From Chromatiales bacterium (GTDB taxonomy: Bacteria > Pseudomonadota > Gammaproteobacteria > Steroidobacterales > Woeseiaceae): DNA of 64,000 bases. Position 1 is the first letter of the stretch. Each line of letters opens with the position of its first letter. The notes beneath the pieces were generated by a model. That model saw nothing but the letters and a program-made list of their open reading frames with translations. It made no database searches and had not been told where the DNA came from. Shown here piece after piece: positions 28,716 through 40,374 of the stretch. The stretch covers positions 12,917 through 76,916 of the forward strand of contig SHLT01000003.1 in NCBI GenBank assembly GCA_004282875.1, written 5' to 3'. Made by a program: the position numbers and the translations under genes.

Positions 28716-29444
28716 GTGCGAGCTCGCGCGTTTCTGATTCTGCTGCTCCTCGCAAGTGGGGCTGAAGCGCAGGAGAGGATTCAGGTCGCCGTATCCAGCA
28801 ACTTCGTGCTGACCTTCACCGAGATCGCAATGGCGTTCGAGGAGAGCACCGGTATTCTTGCCTTGGCGCGCAGCGGCTCAACCGGCCAGCTGTATGCGCA
28901 GATTTCGAACGGGGCGCCGTTCGATGTCTATATTGCGGCGGACGACGAGCGCCCCGCAGCGCTTGAGCATTCCGGGTATGGCGTAAAAGGCACGCGGTTC
29001 ACCTATGCGCTGGGCAGACTGGTCGTCTGGTCACGAAAAGCCGACGACTGCCTCGCTGTTCTGCACGATCCGTCTGCAGGCTACATTGCCCTGGCGAATC
29101 CCGACCTCGCGCCTTATGGGGCTGCGGCAAGAGACTTCCTGGTTTCGATCGGGGCCTGGCATGCAGAGCGCATCGTGCTTGGCATGAATGCGATGCAGGC
29201 GCGCTCCTTTGCTGTGACCGGCAACGCGGTGGCTGCCGTCATGCCATACGCGCAGCTAACCGGGCTGGCCAGGACCAACAGCCGCTGCGTCTATGAAGTA
29301 CCTGCCGACGCGCACCGTCCGATCCGGCAACAGGCCATTCTGCTGGATGAGAAGAATGTGAGCGCGCAGCGATTTCTCGCGTACCTGAAGTCAGACGAAG
29401 CCCGCGAGATCATTCGGCAGTACGGCTACGAGGTTCCGGAGTGA
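28716..29444 (+). CDS. modA: Molybdate ABC transporter substrate-binding protein
   Basis: GSTGQLYAQISNGAPFD and ANPDLAPYG. Confidence 0.92.
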   Translation: MRARAFLILLLLASGAEAQERIQVAVSSNFVLTFTEIAMAFEESTGILALARSGSTGQLYAQISNGAPFDVYIAADDERPAALEHSGYGVKGTRFTYALGRLVVWSRKADDCLAVLHDPSAGYIALANPDLAPYGAAARDFLVSIGAWHAERIVLGMNAMQARSFAVTGNAVAAVMPYAQLTGLARTNSRCVYEVPADAHRPIRQQAILLDEKNVSAQRFLAYLKSDEAREIIRQYGYEVPE

Positions 29445-30106
29445 ACCTGTACGGGCCCTTGTGGCTGTCGGCGCAGCTCGCCTTCGTTACGACGATAATT
29501 CTCGTCATTGTCGGGGCCCCGGTGGCCTGGTGGCTGGCGCGAACCTCATCGCAGGCGAAGCCGGCCGTTCAGGCCGTGGTCGCGATGCCCATCGTGTTGC
29601 CCCCGACGGTACTGGGCTTCTACCTGCTTATCCTGCTCGGGCCCAATGGCGCTGTCGGGAGCTGGTGGGTTCAGATCACCGGCAGTGCCCTGACGTTTTC
29701 GTTCACGGGCCTCGTCATTGCTTCATGTATCTACAGCCTGCCATTCGCCGTGCAGCCGATGCAGAACGCGTTCGAGTCCCTGCCGAAAAGTTATCTCGAA
29801 CGTGCATGGACGCTTGGTGCTTCGCGTCTTGACGCGTTCTTCTCGGTCGCCGTGCCGCTATCGGCGCGAGGCTTCGTCAGCGGCATCGTCCTCAGTTTCG
29901 CGCACACCCTCGGCGAGTTTGGCGTTGTGCTCATGGTCGGCGGCAACATTCCGGGCGAGACGCGCGTGGTATCGATCGCCATCTACGATCACGTCGAGAC
30001 CTTGAACTACGCGGCCGCGCATCGAATGTCGCTGGTGCTGGTCGCGTTTGCATTTATCGTTCTTGCGACGATGTTCGTGATCAACCGCCGCTGGAGTGAG
30101 CGATGA
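29441..30106 (+). CDS. modB: Molybdate ABC transporter permease
   Basis: PIVLPPTVLGFYLL and FAHTLGEFGVVLMVGGNIPGET. Confidence 0.95.
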   Translation: MNLYGPLWLSAQLAFVTTIILVIVGAPVAWWLARTSSQAKPAVQAVVAMPIVLPPTVLGFYLLILLGPNGAVGSWWVQITGSALTFSFTGLVIASCIYSLPFAVQPMQNAFESLPKSYLERAWTLGASRLDAFFSVAVPLSARGFVSGIVLSFAHTLGEFGVVLMVGGNIPGETRVVSIAIYDHVETLNYAAAHRMSLVLVAFAFIVLATMFVINRRWSER

Positions 30107-31107
30107 TTCACCTCCGGCACCGATTACCGAAGGGCGACTTCGTGCTCGACGTGGATGTCGAGGTGCCGGATACCGGCATTACCGGCATATTCGGCGAGTC
30201 GGGATCGGGCAAGACGACGCTGCTACGGTGTATCGCCGGGCTGGAAGGGGATGACGGTCTTCCGGTCCACAAGCGCAATGTCGGCTACGTGTTCCAGGAG
30301 CCCGGCCTGTTCCCGCACCTGACCGTGCGCGGCAACATCGAGTTTGGCGAGCGGCGCGCTGCGACGCGCCGGGTCGAGAGCACGTCGGTCGTCGACATGC
30401 TCGGACTGGGCAATCTGCTGGACCGCCGGCCCAACACACTGTCCGGAGGCGAAGCTCAGCGTGTTGCGATCGCTGCGGCGTTGTTGCGCTCACCCGATCT
30501 TGTGCTCATGGACGAACCGCTGGCGTCACTCGACCGCCGGCGCAAGGACGAGCTGTTGCCTTACTTCGATCGCCTGCACGACGAGTTGTCCGTGCCCGTG
30601 ATCTACGTCAGTCATGATATCGAAGAGGTCAGCCGGCTCTGCGACCACCTCGTTTTGCTCGAAGGCGGCAAGGTCGCGGCCAGCGGCGACCTGGTCGACG
30701 TCTTGTCGCGTGTCGATGTGCCGGTACTGTCCGGGCGTAACGCCGGTGTGGTGCTCTGGGCCAACCCGGTCGATCAAGAGGACGGGCTGACCCGCTTTGA
30801 CTTCGGGGAGGGCGATATCTGGGCGCCGGGCGAGTTCGAGGCAGGCGGCAGTCCGCTGCGGCTCCGTATTGCCGCCAGTGACGTCAGCATTGCGCGGGAA
30901 ATGCCGGCCGCGACGACGATTCTCAACATCCTGCGGGCAACCATCGAAGAGGTGCATCCGGTGGATGCGGCGACGGCCCTGGTGCGACTCGGCGTCGGCA
31001 ACCAGTCCCTGCTCGCGCGGGTGACGAATCGCTCCGTGCAGCGTCTCGAACTGCGGCCCGGAGAGCGGGTTTTCGCCCAGGTCAAGTCGGTGACGGTCCG
31101 GCATTAG
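30103..31107 (+). CDS. modC: Molybdate ABC transporter ATP-binding protein
   Basis: GESGSGKT, LSGGE, MDEPLASLD and C-terminal TOBE ending AQVKSV. Confidence 0.93.
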   Translation: MIHLRHRLPKGDFVLDVDVEVPDTGITGIFGESGSGKTTLLRCIAGLEGDDGLPVHKRNVGYVFQEPGLFPHLTVRGNIEFGERRAATRRVESTSVVDMLGLGNLLDRRPNTLSGGEAQRVAIAAALLRSPDLVLMDEPLASLDRRRKDELLPYFDRLHDELSVPVIYVSHDIEEVSRLCDHLVLLEGGKVAASGDLVDVLSRVDVPVLSGRNAGVVLWANPVDQEDGLTRFDFGEGDIWAPGEFEAGGSPLRLRIAASDVSIAREMPAATTILNILRATIEEVHPVDAATALVRLGVGNQSLLARVTNRSVQRLELRPGERVFAQVKSVTVRH

Positions 31108-31160
31108 GCCCCTCTGGCCGCACTATGTTCAATGGGCGGATCACATAACGCGATTCGCTT

Positions 31161-31198
31161 GTGTGAAATTCACACTGTCAAATTCTTTTTGTGAAATT
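31161..31198. promoter_or_regulatory. Triple TGTGAAATT-type operator array (14-bp period) upstream of aceA
   Basis: tgtgaaatt 31162, tgtcaaatt 31176, tgtgaaatt 31190; the first is part of palindrome GTGTGAA-A-TTCACAC. Confidence 0.75.
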
Positions 31199-31277
31199 AC
31201 TCATTTGGGCCGCGTAAACTACGCGCAGCGGGTTTGAGCCAGCCCGAGAAATTGCCCTTTTATACGAGGATTTAGTC

Positions 31278-32873
31278 ATGTCTCAATACTTTGACGACAT
31301 TTCGGCAACTGCCGACCTGATAGCCAGCCGTGGCAGCGCCTGGGACGCTATCGACCCCGAAAGCGTGGCGCGCATGAAAGCGCAGAATCGCTTCCAGACG
31401 GGCCTGGATATTGCCAAGTACACGGCCAAGATCATGCGCGAGGATATGGCGCGTTACGATGCTGACCCGTCGCAGTACACCCAGTCGCTCGGTTGCTGGC
31501 ACGGCTTCATTGGCCAGCAGAAGATGATTTCGATCAAGAAACACTTCGGCAATACCGACCGGCGCTACCTGTATCTCTCCGGCTGGATGGTCGCGGCGCT
31601 GCGTTCCAAGTTTGGTCCGCTGCCCGATCAGTCCATGCACGAGAAGACGACTGTGCCCGAGCTCATCGAAGAGCTGTACACGTTCCTGCGCCAGGCTGAC
31701 GCGCGTGAACTCGGCCTTCTGTTCAGCGATCTGGACAAGGCCCGCAAGGAGGGCAATGCCGTCAGGGAACAGGAGATCAAGAACAAGATCGACAACTTCC
31801 AGACACACGTCGTGCCCATCATCGCGGACATCGACGCCGGCTTCGGCAACGCCGAGGCGACCTACCTGCTCGCGAAGAAGATGATCGAGGCAGGCGCATG
31901 TGCCCTGCAGATCGAGAACCAGGTTTCGGACGAGAAGCAGTGCGGCCACCAGGACGGCAAGGTCACGGTCCCGCACGAGGACTTCCTCGGGAAGATTCGC
32001 GCGCTGCGTTATGCATTCCTCGAGCTCGGTGTCGATGACGGCATTATCGTCGCACGTACCGACTCTCTTGGTGCCGGCCTGACGAAACAGATCGCGGTCA
32101 CGAAAGAACCGGGCGATCTCGGCGACCTGTACAACTCGTTCCTCGATTGCGACGAGGTAACACCCGAAGAGCTGAAGAATGGTGACGTTCTGATCAAGCG
32201 CGATGGCAAGTTCATGCATCCGAAGCGCTTGCCGAGCAACCTGTTCCAGTTCCGCCCGGGCACCGGCGAGGATCGCTGCGTGCTGGATTGCATTACATCA
32301 CTGCAAAACGGCGCAGACTTGCTCTGGATCGAAACCGAGAAGCCGCACATTGCGCAGATCGGTGGCATGGTTGACCGCATTCGCGAAGTCATTCCGAACG
32401 CCAAGCTCGTCTACAACAACAGCCCGTCATTCAACTGGACGCTCAACTTCCGCCAGCAGGTATTCGATGCCTGGCAGGAAGAGGGCAAGGACGTATCGGA
32501 ATACGATCGCGACAACCTGATGAGTGTCGAGTACGACGAGACCAAGTTGGGCCATGAGGCCGATGCCAAGATTCGGACCTTCCAGGCGGACGCCGCTCGC
32601 CAGGCAGGGATCTTCCACCACCTGATCACGCTGCCGACCTATCACACGGCTGCGCTGTCTACCGACACCCTGTCGAAGGAATACTTTGGCGATCTCGGCA
32701 TGCTGGGTTACGTACTGCATGTGCAGCGCGAGGAGATCCGCCACGGCATCGCCTGCGTCAAGCACCAGAACATGTCCGGGTCGGACATCGGCGACTCTCA
32801 CAAGGAGTACTTCTCCGGCGATGCAGCCCTGAAGGCAGCGGGTGAAGACAACACGATGAATCAGTTCTCCTGA
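31278..32873 (+). CDS. aceA: Isocitrate lyase (531-aa Pseudomonas-type)
   Basis: YLSGWMVAA, DIDAGFG, KQCGHQDGK and YNNSPSFNW. Confidence 0.97.
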   Translation: MSQYFDDISATADLIASRGSAWDAIDPESVARMKAQNRFQTGLDIAKYTAKIMREDMARYDADPSQYTQSLGCWHGFIGQQKMISIKKHFGNTDRRYLYLSGWMVAALRSKFGPLPDQSMHEKTTVPELIEELYTFLRQADARELGLLFSDLDKARKEGNAVREQEIKNKIDNFQTHVVPIIADIDAGFGNAEATYLLAKKMIEAGACALQIENQVSDEKQCGHQDGKVTVPHEDFLGKIRALRYAFLELGVDDGIIVARTDSLGAGLTKQIAVTKEPGDLGDLYNSFLDCDEVTPEELKNGDVLIKRDGKFMHPKRLPSNLFQFRPGTGEDRCVLDCITSLQNGADLLWIETEKPHIAQIGGMVDRIREVIPNAKLVYNNSPSFNWTLNFRQQVFDAWQEEGKDVSEYDRDNLMSVEYDETKLGHEADAKIRTFQADAARQAGIFHHLITLPTYHTAALSTDTLSKEYFGDLGMLGYVLHVQREEIRHGIACVKHQNMSGSDIGDSHKEYFSGDAALKAAGEDNTMNQFS

Positions 32874-32894
32874 TAGCCTGATTCACAAGCAAGC

Positions 32895-32927
32895 AAAAGG
32901 GCGCAACCTGGTTGCGCCCTTTTTTTT
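32895..32927 (+). terminator. Rho-independent terminator after aceA
   Basis: AAAAGGGCGCAAC-CTG-GTTGCGCCC followed by a T8 run. Confidence 0.88.
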
Positions 32928-33048
32928 GCCAGTTCGCGTGCAAAAAGCAGGCTCGCCGGGTGATAAACTTACGGGCTGACCCCGGTGGCATAGCGACAAG
33001 AAGACCATCGGGCTTGGCGTGAAACCATATCTCCCAAAGGAAGGGCCA

Positions 33049-35205
<2,157 letters not shown>

Positions 35206-35223
35206 GCCGCGTAGAGACAGCCT

Positions 35224-35724
35224 ATGGATAAAGAGGAAAAACAAAGAAGTTACGAGCGGGCACAACAGCTGCTTGCGGAGCAGAATTTTGCGGGAGCTGT
35301 TATTGCCGGCGCCGTGGCCACGCTTCTGGGCGCTTTCCTCTACGGTGTCGTCGTTGCACGGATCGGTATTGCCTACGGGTTTGCGGCAGCGGGTGTCGGG
35401 ATTGTCATCGGACTGGCGATGCAGTACGTCGGGCGCGGGATCGATATGAAGTTCTCTATCGTCGCGACGGTGTATACGCTTATCGGCTGCGTTCTCGGCA
35501 ACTTCTTCGCCAACATAGGGCTGACGCCAGGCCATATGGATGCCGCCGTTGACGTTCTCCGGCGCAGCTCCCTCCCGGAACTCGCAGAGCGGGCCGTGTC
35601 GGGCCTCTCCGGCACCCATTTCGTCTTCTGGTTTGTTGCTGTGTTTGCGGGCGTGTTTTTCGCCAGGAGAGCATTGTCTCGCGCGGACAGATTGGCCCTC
35701 GGCGTGCTCGAGCTGAGAGAATAG
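35224..35724 (+). CDS. Hypothetical membrane protein
   Basis: Four hydrophobic Gly-rich helices. Confidence 0.7.
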   Translation: MDKEEKQRSYERAQQLLAEQNFAGAVIAGAVATLLGAFLYGVVVARIGIAYGFAAAGVGIVIGLAMQYVGRGIDMKFSIVATVYTLIGCVLGNFFANIGLTPGHMDAAVDVLRRSSLPELAERAVSGLSGTHFVFWFVAVFAGVFFARRALSRADRLALGVLELRE

Positions 35725-35733
35725 TAGACGAGA

Positions 35734-36660
35734 ATGACACCGCATGCCGTTTACTCGTATGGCGTGGTCTCCTCGAGCACGCTATACCGCGTTCGCGGTG
35801 CTTTTCCCGCAGCCGAAGGCTATGCGGAAATCGAGGAGGTCCAGTACATGACGGGTGGCGAGGCCACCAACTCCTCTATTGTCCTCGCCCGCCTGGGCGT
35901 ACCCGTGAAGCTCGACGGGAACTGGCTTGGCGCCGACAAGAACGGACAGCGCACGAAGGCCCTGTTGTCCAGTTACCAGGTTGATACAACGCGGTTACCT
36001 CTCAGGGAGGGTATCAACGGTGTACAGGAAGTGGTGTTCGCCGCGGAGGATACTCGAACCGTCTTCGGCACCTATGGCCACCTGCTGGAAGAGGCTGCCT
36101 GGAACATGCCCCATGAAAGCGACATTACCCGGGCAAAAGTCGTCTGCCTCGATCCGTTTTTTTCGCGGCCCGCGGCGCTGGTTGCCCAGATCGCTTTCGA
36201 TGCAGGCATTCCGGTAGTCACGGTCGACTGTCAGTACGACGATCCGCTTCTTCGGCATGCATCCGCGGTGGTGATCTCAGAATCCTTTATCAGGGAAAAC
36301 TACGCGGTTCGCGACGCCGAAAATGTATTCAGGAATTACCAGGCGGCGACCAGCGGTCTGACGATATTCACGTTTGGCGACGCCATGATCTGGTACGCAA
36401 AACCGGGCGAACTGGTCAGGCGTTTTAAGCCTTACTCGATAGATCCCGTGGACACCACCGGTGGTGGCGACGCCTTCCGCGCGGGCATCGTCTACGGCTT
36501 TCTGCAGGGCTGGGACGAGGTCAGGATGATCGACTTTGCCTCGGCCGTTGCGGCCATCGTTTGCACCCGGTTTCCCGGCGTAATGATCGCGCCAACGCTG
36601 GATGAGGTTTCTGACTTCATGAGCGCAGCTCGGCGGCCAGGAAATCAAACACCATCCTGA
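35734..36660 (+). CDS. PfkB-family carbohydrate kinase
   Basis: GGEATN and VDTTGGGDAFRAG. Confidence 0.88.
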   Translation: MTPHAVYSYGVVSSSTLYRVRGAFPAAEGYAEIEEVQYMTGGEATNSSIVLARLGVPVKLDGNWLGADKNGQRTKALLSSYQVDTTRLPLREGINGVQEVVFAAEDTRTVFGTYGHLLEEAAWNMPHESDITRAKVVCLDPFFSRPAALVAQIAFDAGIPVVTVDCQYDDPLLRHASAVVISESFIRENYAVRDAENVFRNYQAATSGLTIFTFGDAMIWYAKPGELVRRFKPYSIDPVDTTGGGDAFRAGIVYGFLQGWDEVRMIDFASAVAAIVCTRFPGVMIAPTLDEVSDFMSAARRPGNQTPS

Positions 36661-37504
36661 CGCGCCGACTGGTTTTCAACTCCCGATGGGCAACAAGCCA
36701 GACTTCTACCGGGAACGGGTTAAGGCTTGGTAACGCACGCTCGACCCTGGGTTCGGCATCGCCGATGTCCTCCGCCATAAACCCAATGCCCAGTCCGTGC
36801 TTCACCAGCTCCCACTGCACAAGATGGTTTTCCGTTACGACAGGGAAGTTGCGCAGGGTCAGCGGAATACCACGCTCGTTGAAGGCATCGATGAGCAGGT
36901 TGGTCCGGTCAAATCCGAAAAAGTCGGCGCGGCTGAGGTCTTCGGGCGATGTCGGTTTGCCAATACGTCGCAGATAGTCTGAGGAGGCATAGGGATGGAA
37001 GTTTGCACCACGCACTCGCTTTGCAATGAGATCGGGTTGGGTTGGGCGAAACGCGCGCACGGCGATATCCGCCTCTCTGCGCTTCAGGTCGCTGGTACTG
37101 TTCGATGCGATGAGCTCGATTTCGATGCCAGGCTCCAGTTGCCGAAGCTTACCCAGGATCGGCGGCAGGACAAATGCTGCGGTAACCTCTGTTGCCGTGA
37201 TGCAGATACTTCCCTCGATGGATGTCGATTGACCTGAGGCCGTCAGTGAAAAGCGGCTTGCCGCGTCTCCCATGGCACGCACGTGCTCAAGCAGGTCCAG
37301 TCCGCTCGGCGTGAGCTCCAGTCCCCGGCCGCCGCGCTCGAACAACGCCACGCCCAACTCTGTTTCAAGCGCGCTAACCTGGCGCCCCAGTGTTGGCTGC
37401 GTCATTCCCAGGGCTCGTGCGGCGGCTGACAGGGACCCTTCCTCGGCAGTAATGAGAAAGGCCCTCGCGCGGTTCCAGTCAAACTCTACTGATCGCCAAT
37501 CCAT
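36617..37504 (-). CDS. LysR-family transcriptional regulator
   Basis: GSLSAAARALGMTQPTLGRQVSALE HTH and READIAVR. Confidence 0.93.
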   Translation of the reverse strand: MDWRSVEFDWNRARAFLITAEEGSLSAAARALGMTQPTLGRQVSALETELGVALFERGGRGLELTPSGLDLLEHVRAMGDAASRFSLTASGQSTSIEGSICITATEVTAAFVLPPILGKLRQLEPGIEIELIASNSTSDLKRREADIAVRAFRPTQPDLIAKRVRGANFHPYASSDYLRRIGKPTSPEDLSRADFFGFDRTNLLIDAFNERGIPLTLRNFPVVTENHLVQWELVKHGLGIGFMAEDIGDAEPRVERALPSLNPFPVEVWLVAHRELKTSRRVRMVFDFLAAELRS

Positions 37505-37610
37505 GCAAATATGTCTATCTGAGATACGATATTCAGCATTCTATATTAATTTTTGCATGGCTATGATGCCGTTCCTGGTTAAACACCACCACTCATAAAG
37601 AGGAACAAGC

Positions 37611-37877
37611 ATGATTTGCCAGATTTTTGGCCGCCGACTCTGGGACGTGTGGCAGGCCCTGTCGACTCCCTTGCAGGGGCCGAGCGTTGCAGTGAGGATA
37701 CTCGCTGACAGCATCGGCGCTGTCCTGATATTGATACCTGCCGAAGCGGCATGGCCCAATTCGAGTATCGCCGACTCACTAACTTCTGCAGCTGTCCTTG
37801 ACTGGGTCAAGGCGGCAGTAGGCCTCGTATTCATTCTATGGCGCCATCTAGGCACGGCAAAAGGAGGCCGGACATGA
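37611..37877 (+). CDS. Small hypothetical (possibly membrane) protein
   Basis: AGAGGA RBS; stop overlaps the next ATG (ATGA). Confidence 0.4.
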   Translation: MICQIFGRRLWDVWQALSTPLQGPSVAVRILADSIGAVLILIPAEAAWPNSSIADSLTSAAVLDWVKAAVGLVFILWRHLGTAKGGRT

Positions 37878-38506
37878 CTCATTCACCTGTTTTCTGGGAC
37901 AAGGTAGCAGCGCGTTACTCGAAGAAGCCGATCACTGACGAAGCGGCTTATCAGGAAAAGCTGCGGGTGACCCGCGAGTACCTTCGGCCCGACATGGAGA
38001 TGCTGGAAATCGGGTGCGGCACGGGATCCACTGCGATAGCGCACGCGCCGTTCGTCAAGCACGTCCACGCAACCGACATTTCATCGAACATGATTGAGAT
38101 CGCCGAGGATAAAGCCGCCGCGGCAGGAGTCAGCAACCTTACGTTCGACGTGTCCTGTATTGATGACCTCGACGTGCCCGACAAGTCGCTGGATGCTGTC
38201 CTGGCGCTCAGTGTTTTGCATCTGCTGCAGGACAGGGATGAGGCGATCGCGAAAGTTCACGCGATGCTTAAGGATGGAGGCGTCATCATCACCAGCACCG
38301 TATGCATCGGCGACACGATGAAGTTCTTCAAGTTCATCGGGCCTGTCGGCAGGTTTCTTGGCGTCATGCCTTTGGTCCGGGTGTTCACGGTGCAGGAACT
38401 GGTGGACAGCCTGATCGAAGCTGGTTTTGCGATCGACTACCAGTGGCAGCCGGGCCGCGGCAAAGCGGTGTTCATCGTGGCGCGGAAAGCGGGCCCGGCG
38501 CGGTAA
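37874..38506 (+). CDS. Class I SAM-dependent methyltransferase
   Basis: FWDKVAARY and LEIGCGTGS; AGGAGG RBS before ATG 37874; divergent from LysR. Confidence 0.9.
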   Translation: MTHSPVFWDKVAARYSKKPITDEAAYQEKLRVTREYLRPDMEMLEIGCGTGSTAIAHAPFVKHVHATDISSNMIEIAEDKAAAAGVSNLTFDVSCIDDLDVPDKSLDAVLALSVLHLLQDRDEAIAKVHAMLKDGGVIITSTVCIGDTMKFFKFIGPVGRFLGVMPLVRVFTVQELVDSLIEAGFAIDYQWQPGRGKAVFIVARKAGPAR

Positions 38507-38555
38507 GACGCCCACCTGGCTGAAGGCTCGAAAACGGAGCATGGAGAGAGTTTCA

Positions 38556-38792
38556 ATGAAGCAGGTAATGAAGCAGATCACGATTGGCCTGTTTGTGCTG
38601 ACGATGATCGCCGGGTGCGCCACCGTGCAGCCCGCTGGTCCCGACATCGAGGGGCAAGCCGAGATCGAAACCAGGTCGCGTACAAAAAGCGCGCTACTCA
38701 CGATCGGCAGCATCCTTGTTTTGGGTGCAATCATCGTCAGTGAGGCTGAAGACGGCGCACAAGATGCCGTGCGAGATGTGACCCGCCCCTGA
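38556..38792 (+). CDS. Small lipoprotein
   Basis: Lipobox IAGC plus a second hydrophobic segment; start at 38556 or 38568. Confidence 0.6.
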   Translation: MKQVMKQITIGLFVLTMIAGCATVQPAGPDIEGQAEIETRSRTKSALLTIGSILVLGAIIVSEAEDGAQDAVRDVTRP

Positions 38793-38877
38793 CCGGCCGG
38801 TCGCACGGCCACCAATCCACTCGGGGAATGAACTAAGATGAAGGTTCCTAAAATTAAGAACACAGTGGGAAAGACAA

Positions 38878-39159
38878 ATGAAGAAAATCGGACTGATCGG
38901 ACTGGTCTTGGCGCTGGGCGTACTTCTCGGCACATCAATCTCACCGCTGCGCGCGCAGTCGCCTGAGGCCGACCCGCAAGCGGGCCACTGCTATGTTGGC
39001 GAGTCGTCGAACGCTGCGTGTGCGGGTAAGTGGGTATTTTTTGCCGGCAACACGCACAGCCTGGATGAGAGCGTGTGGGTGCTTCGCATCAATAGTGAAA
39101 CCGGCGAAGTCTGGTTCAAGGACGGCAAGAAGTTCCAGCAGGTTCAGGAACCGAATTAA
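38878..39159 (+). CDS. Small exported hypothetical protein
   Basis: Signal peptide MKKIGLIGLVLALG; Cys pair. Confidence 0.65.
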   Translation: MKKIGLIGLVLALGVLLGTSISPLRAQSPEADPQAGHCYVGESSNAACAGKWVFFAGNTHSLDESVWVLRINSETGEVWFKDGKKFQQVQEPN

Positions 39160-39180
39160 GCTCCATGGCGAGTTGAGCGA

Positions 39181-39807
39181 TTGCAGCAGGAAACCCGCAA
39201 GCTGACGAAAAAAGAGCGGGAGGAGCTCGAAAGTCTTGTCGCATTGTCGACGCAGGTTGGGCGTGCCGTATTGTTCCTCGTCGCCGTGACAGCTATTGGT
39301 GCTGTTTTCCGTGCACTGCAGGGGCTTGTGAGCATCGATGTACCCGCCTGGGTGCTTCCGACGGCCGCGTTCGGCTATTGGTTGTATCGCCGCGCCGGGC
39401 GTTGGACGGGCGGCCCCGAACTTCGGCGCCGCGTCCGTCGCGACATCGATCAAGGTGAGGCTCGTGTGACGGTCATTGAGCCGGTAGACATTACCGAGTT
39501 CGAAGAGTTGGAGGATGAGGGGCCGTCATACGTAATCAGGACTGCCGGGGACGACTGGCTTCTCCTGTCCGGGCAGGAAATGCTGCGACATAAAAGGCGC
39601 GGCTTTCCATGGTCGCAGTTCGGCGTTGTCGAAGCGCCCAGCTCCGGCGTCTTCTTTGGCCTGCGCAAGACTGGCGATTCGGTCCCGGTGACTCGAACGC
39701 TGCCACCGATGGCTTACGACCTCGCCCGCGATCTTGGTACTTTTGAGCGCACGTTCGTCGTACTCGACGAGGCCGGCCGGGCGCTCTTGGCGGACACAAC
39801 AGGATGA
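39181..39807 (+). CDS. Hypothetical membrane protein
   Basis: Two TM segments followed by a soluble domain (ELEDEGP). Confidence 0.65.
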   Translation: MQQETRKLTKKEREELESLVALSTQVGRAVLFLVAVTAIGAVFRALQGLVSIDVPAWVLPTAAFGYWLYRRAGRWTGGPELRRRVRRDIDQGEARVTVIEPVDITEFEELEDEGPSYVIRTAGDDWLLLSGQEMLRHKRRGFPWSQFGVVEAPSSGVFFGLRKTGDSVPVTRTLPPMAYDLARDLGTFERTFVVLDEAGRALLADTTG

Positions 39808-39846
39808 ACCCGTCGCGTCATTGAACGGCTGGCCCTGGTCAGCGGC

Positions 39847-40374
39847 TTATGGCAACCACAACGACGGCTGGAGCCACAGCTTGGGCAGCTTGAGTTTGCC
39901 CGGCCGCAACAGGTCGGATCCCGCAAGGCTCAGCGACTGCCAGGCATCCTGCCATTCGGCTGGCAACGGGTAGGGCGGAACCACGACCGACCCCGGCTGG
40001 AAGCCGAAGCGACCGTAATAGGCGGGATCGCCCAATACGAAAACACGGTCTACATCCTCGTGTTCCATTTGCTGTAAGCCGGCGCGAACCAGCTTGCTGC
40101 CGACACCCTGTCCCTGGTGCACCGGTGATACAGCAAGCGGTCCCAGCATGGCGGCCTTTTCGCTGTTCCCCGAGAACCCGCATCGCGTGAAAACCACGTG
40201 CCCCGCCAGGTTCGAATCGATCATCGCTACGAGGGACAAGGCAACACCCGGGTCTTGCAGAAGATCGCGTACGAGTGGCAGCAGGTCTTCGTCGGGAAAC
40301 GCCAGTGGATACAGTACCTCGATATCTCGCTGGTCGTCGTCGATGCTCTCGCGAATATCAGCGGTCCTGGCCAC
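39847..40374 (-). CDS. GNAT N-acetyltransferase (YhbS-like)
   Basis: LGPLAVSP.HQGQGVGS and VLGDPAYYGRFGF. Confidence 0.9.
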   Translation of the reverse strand: MARTADIRESIDDDQRDIEVLYPLAFPDEDLLPLVRDLLQDPGVALSLVAMIDSNLAGHVVFTRCGFSGNSEKAAMLGPLAVSPVHQGQGVGSKLVRAGLQQMEHEDVDRVFVLGDPAYYGRFGFQPGSVVVPPYPLPAEWQDAWQSLSLAGSDLLRPGKLKLPKLWLQPSLWLP

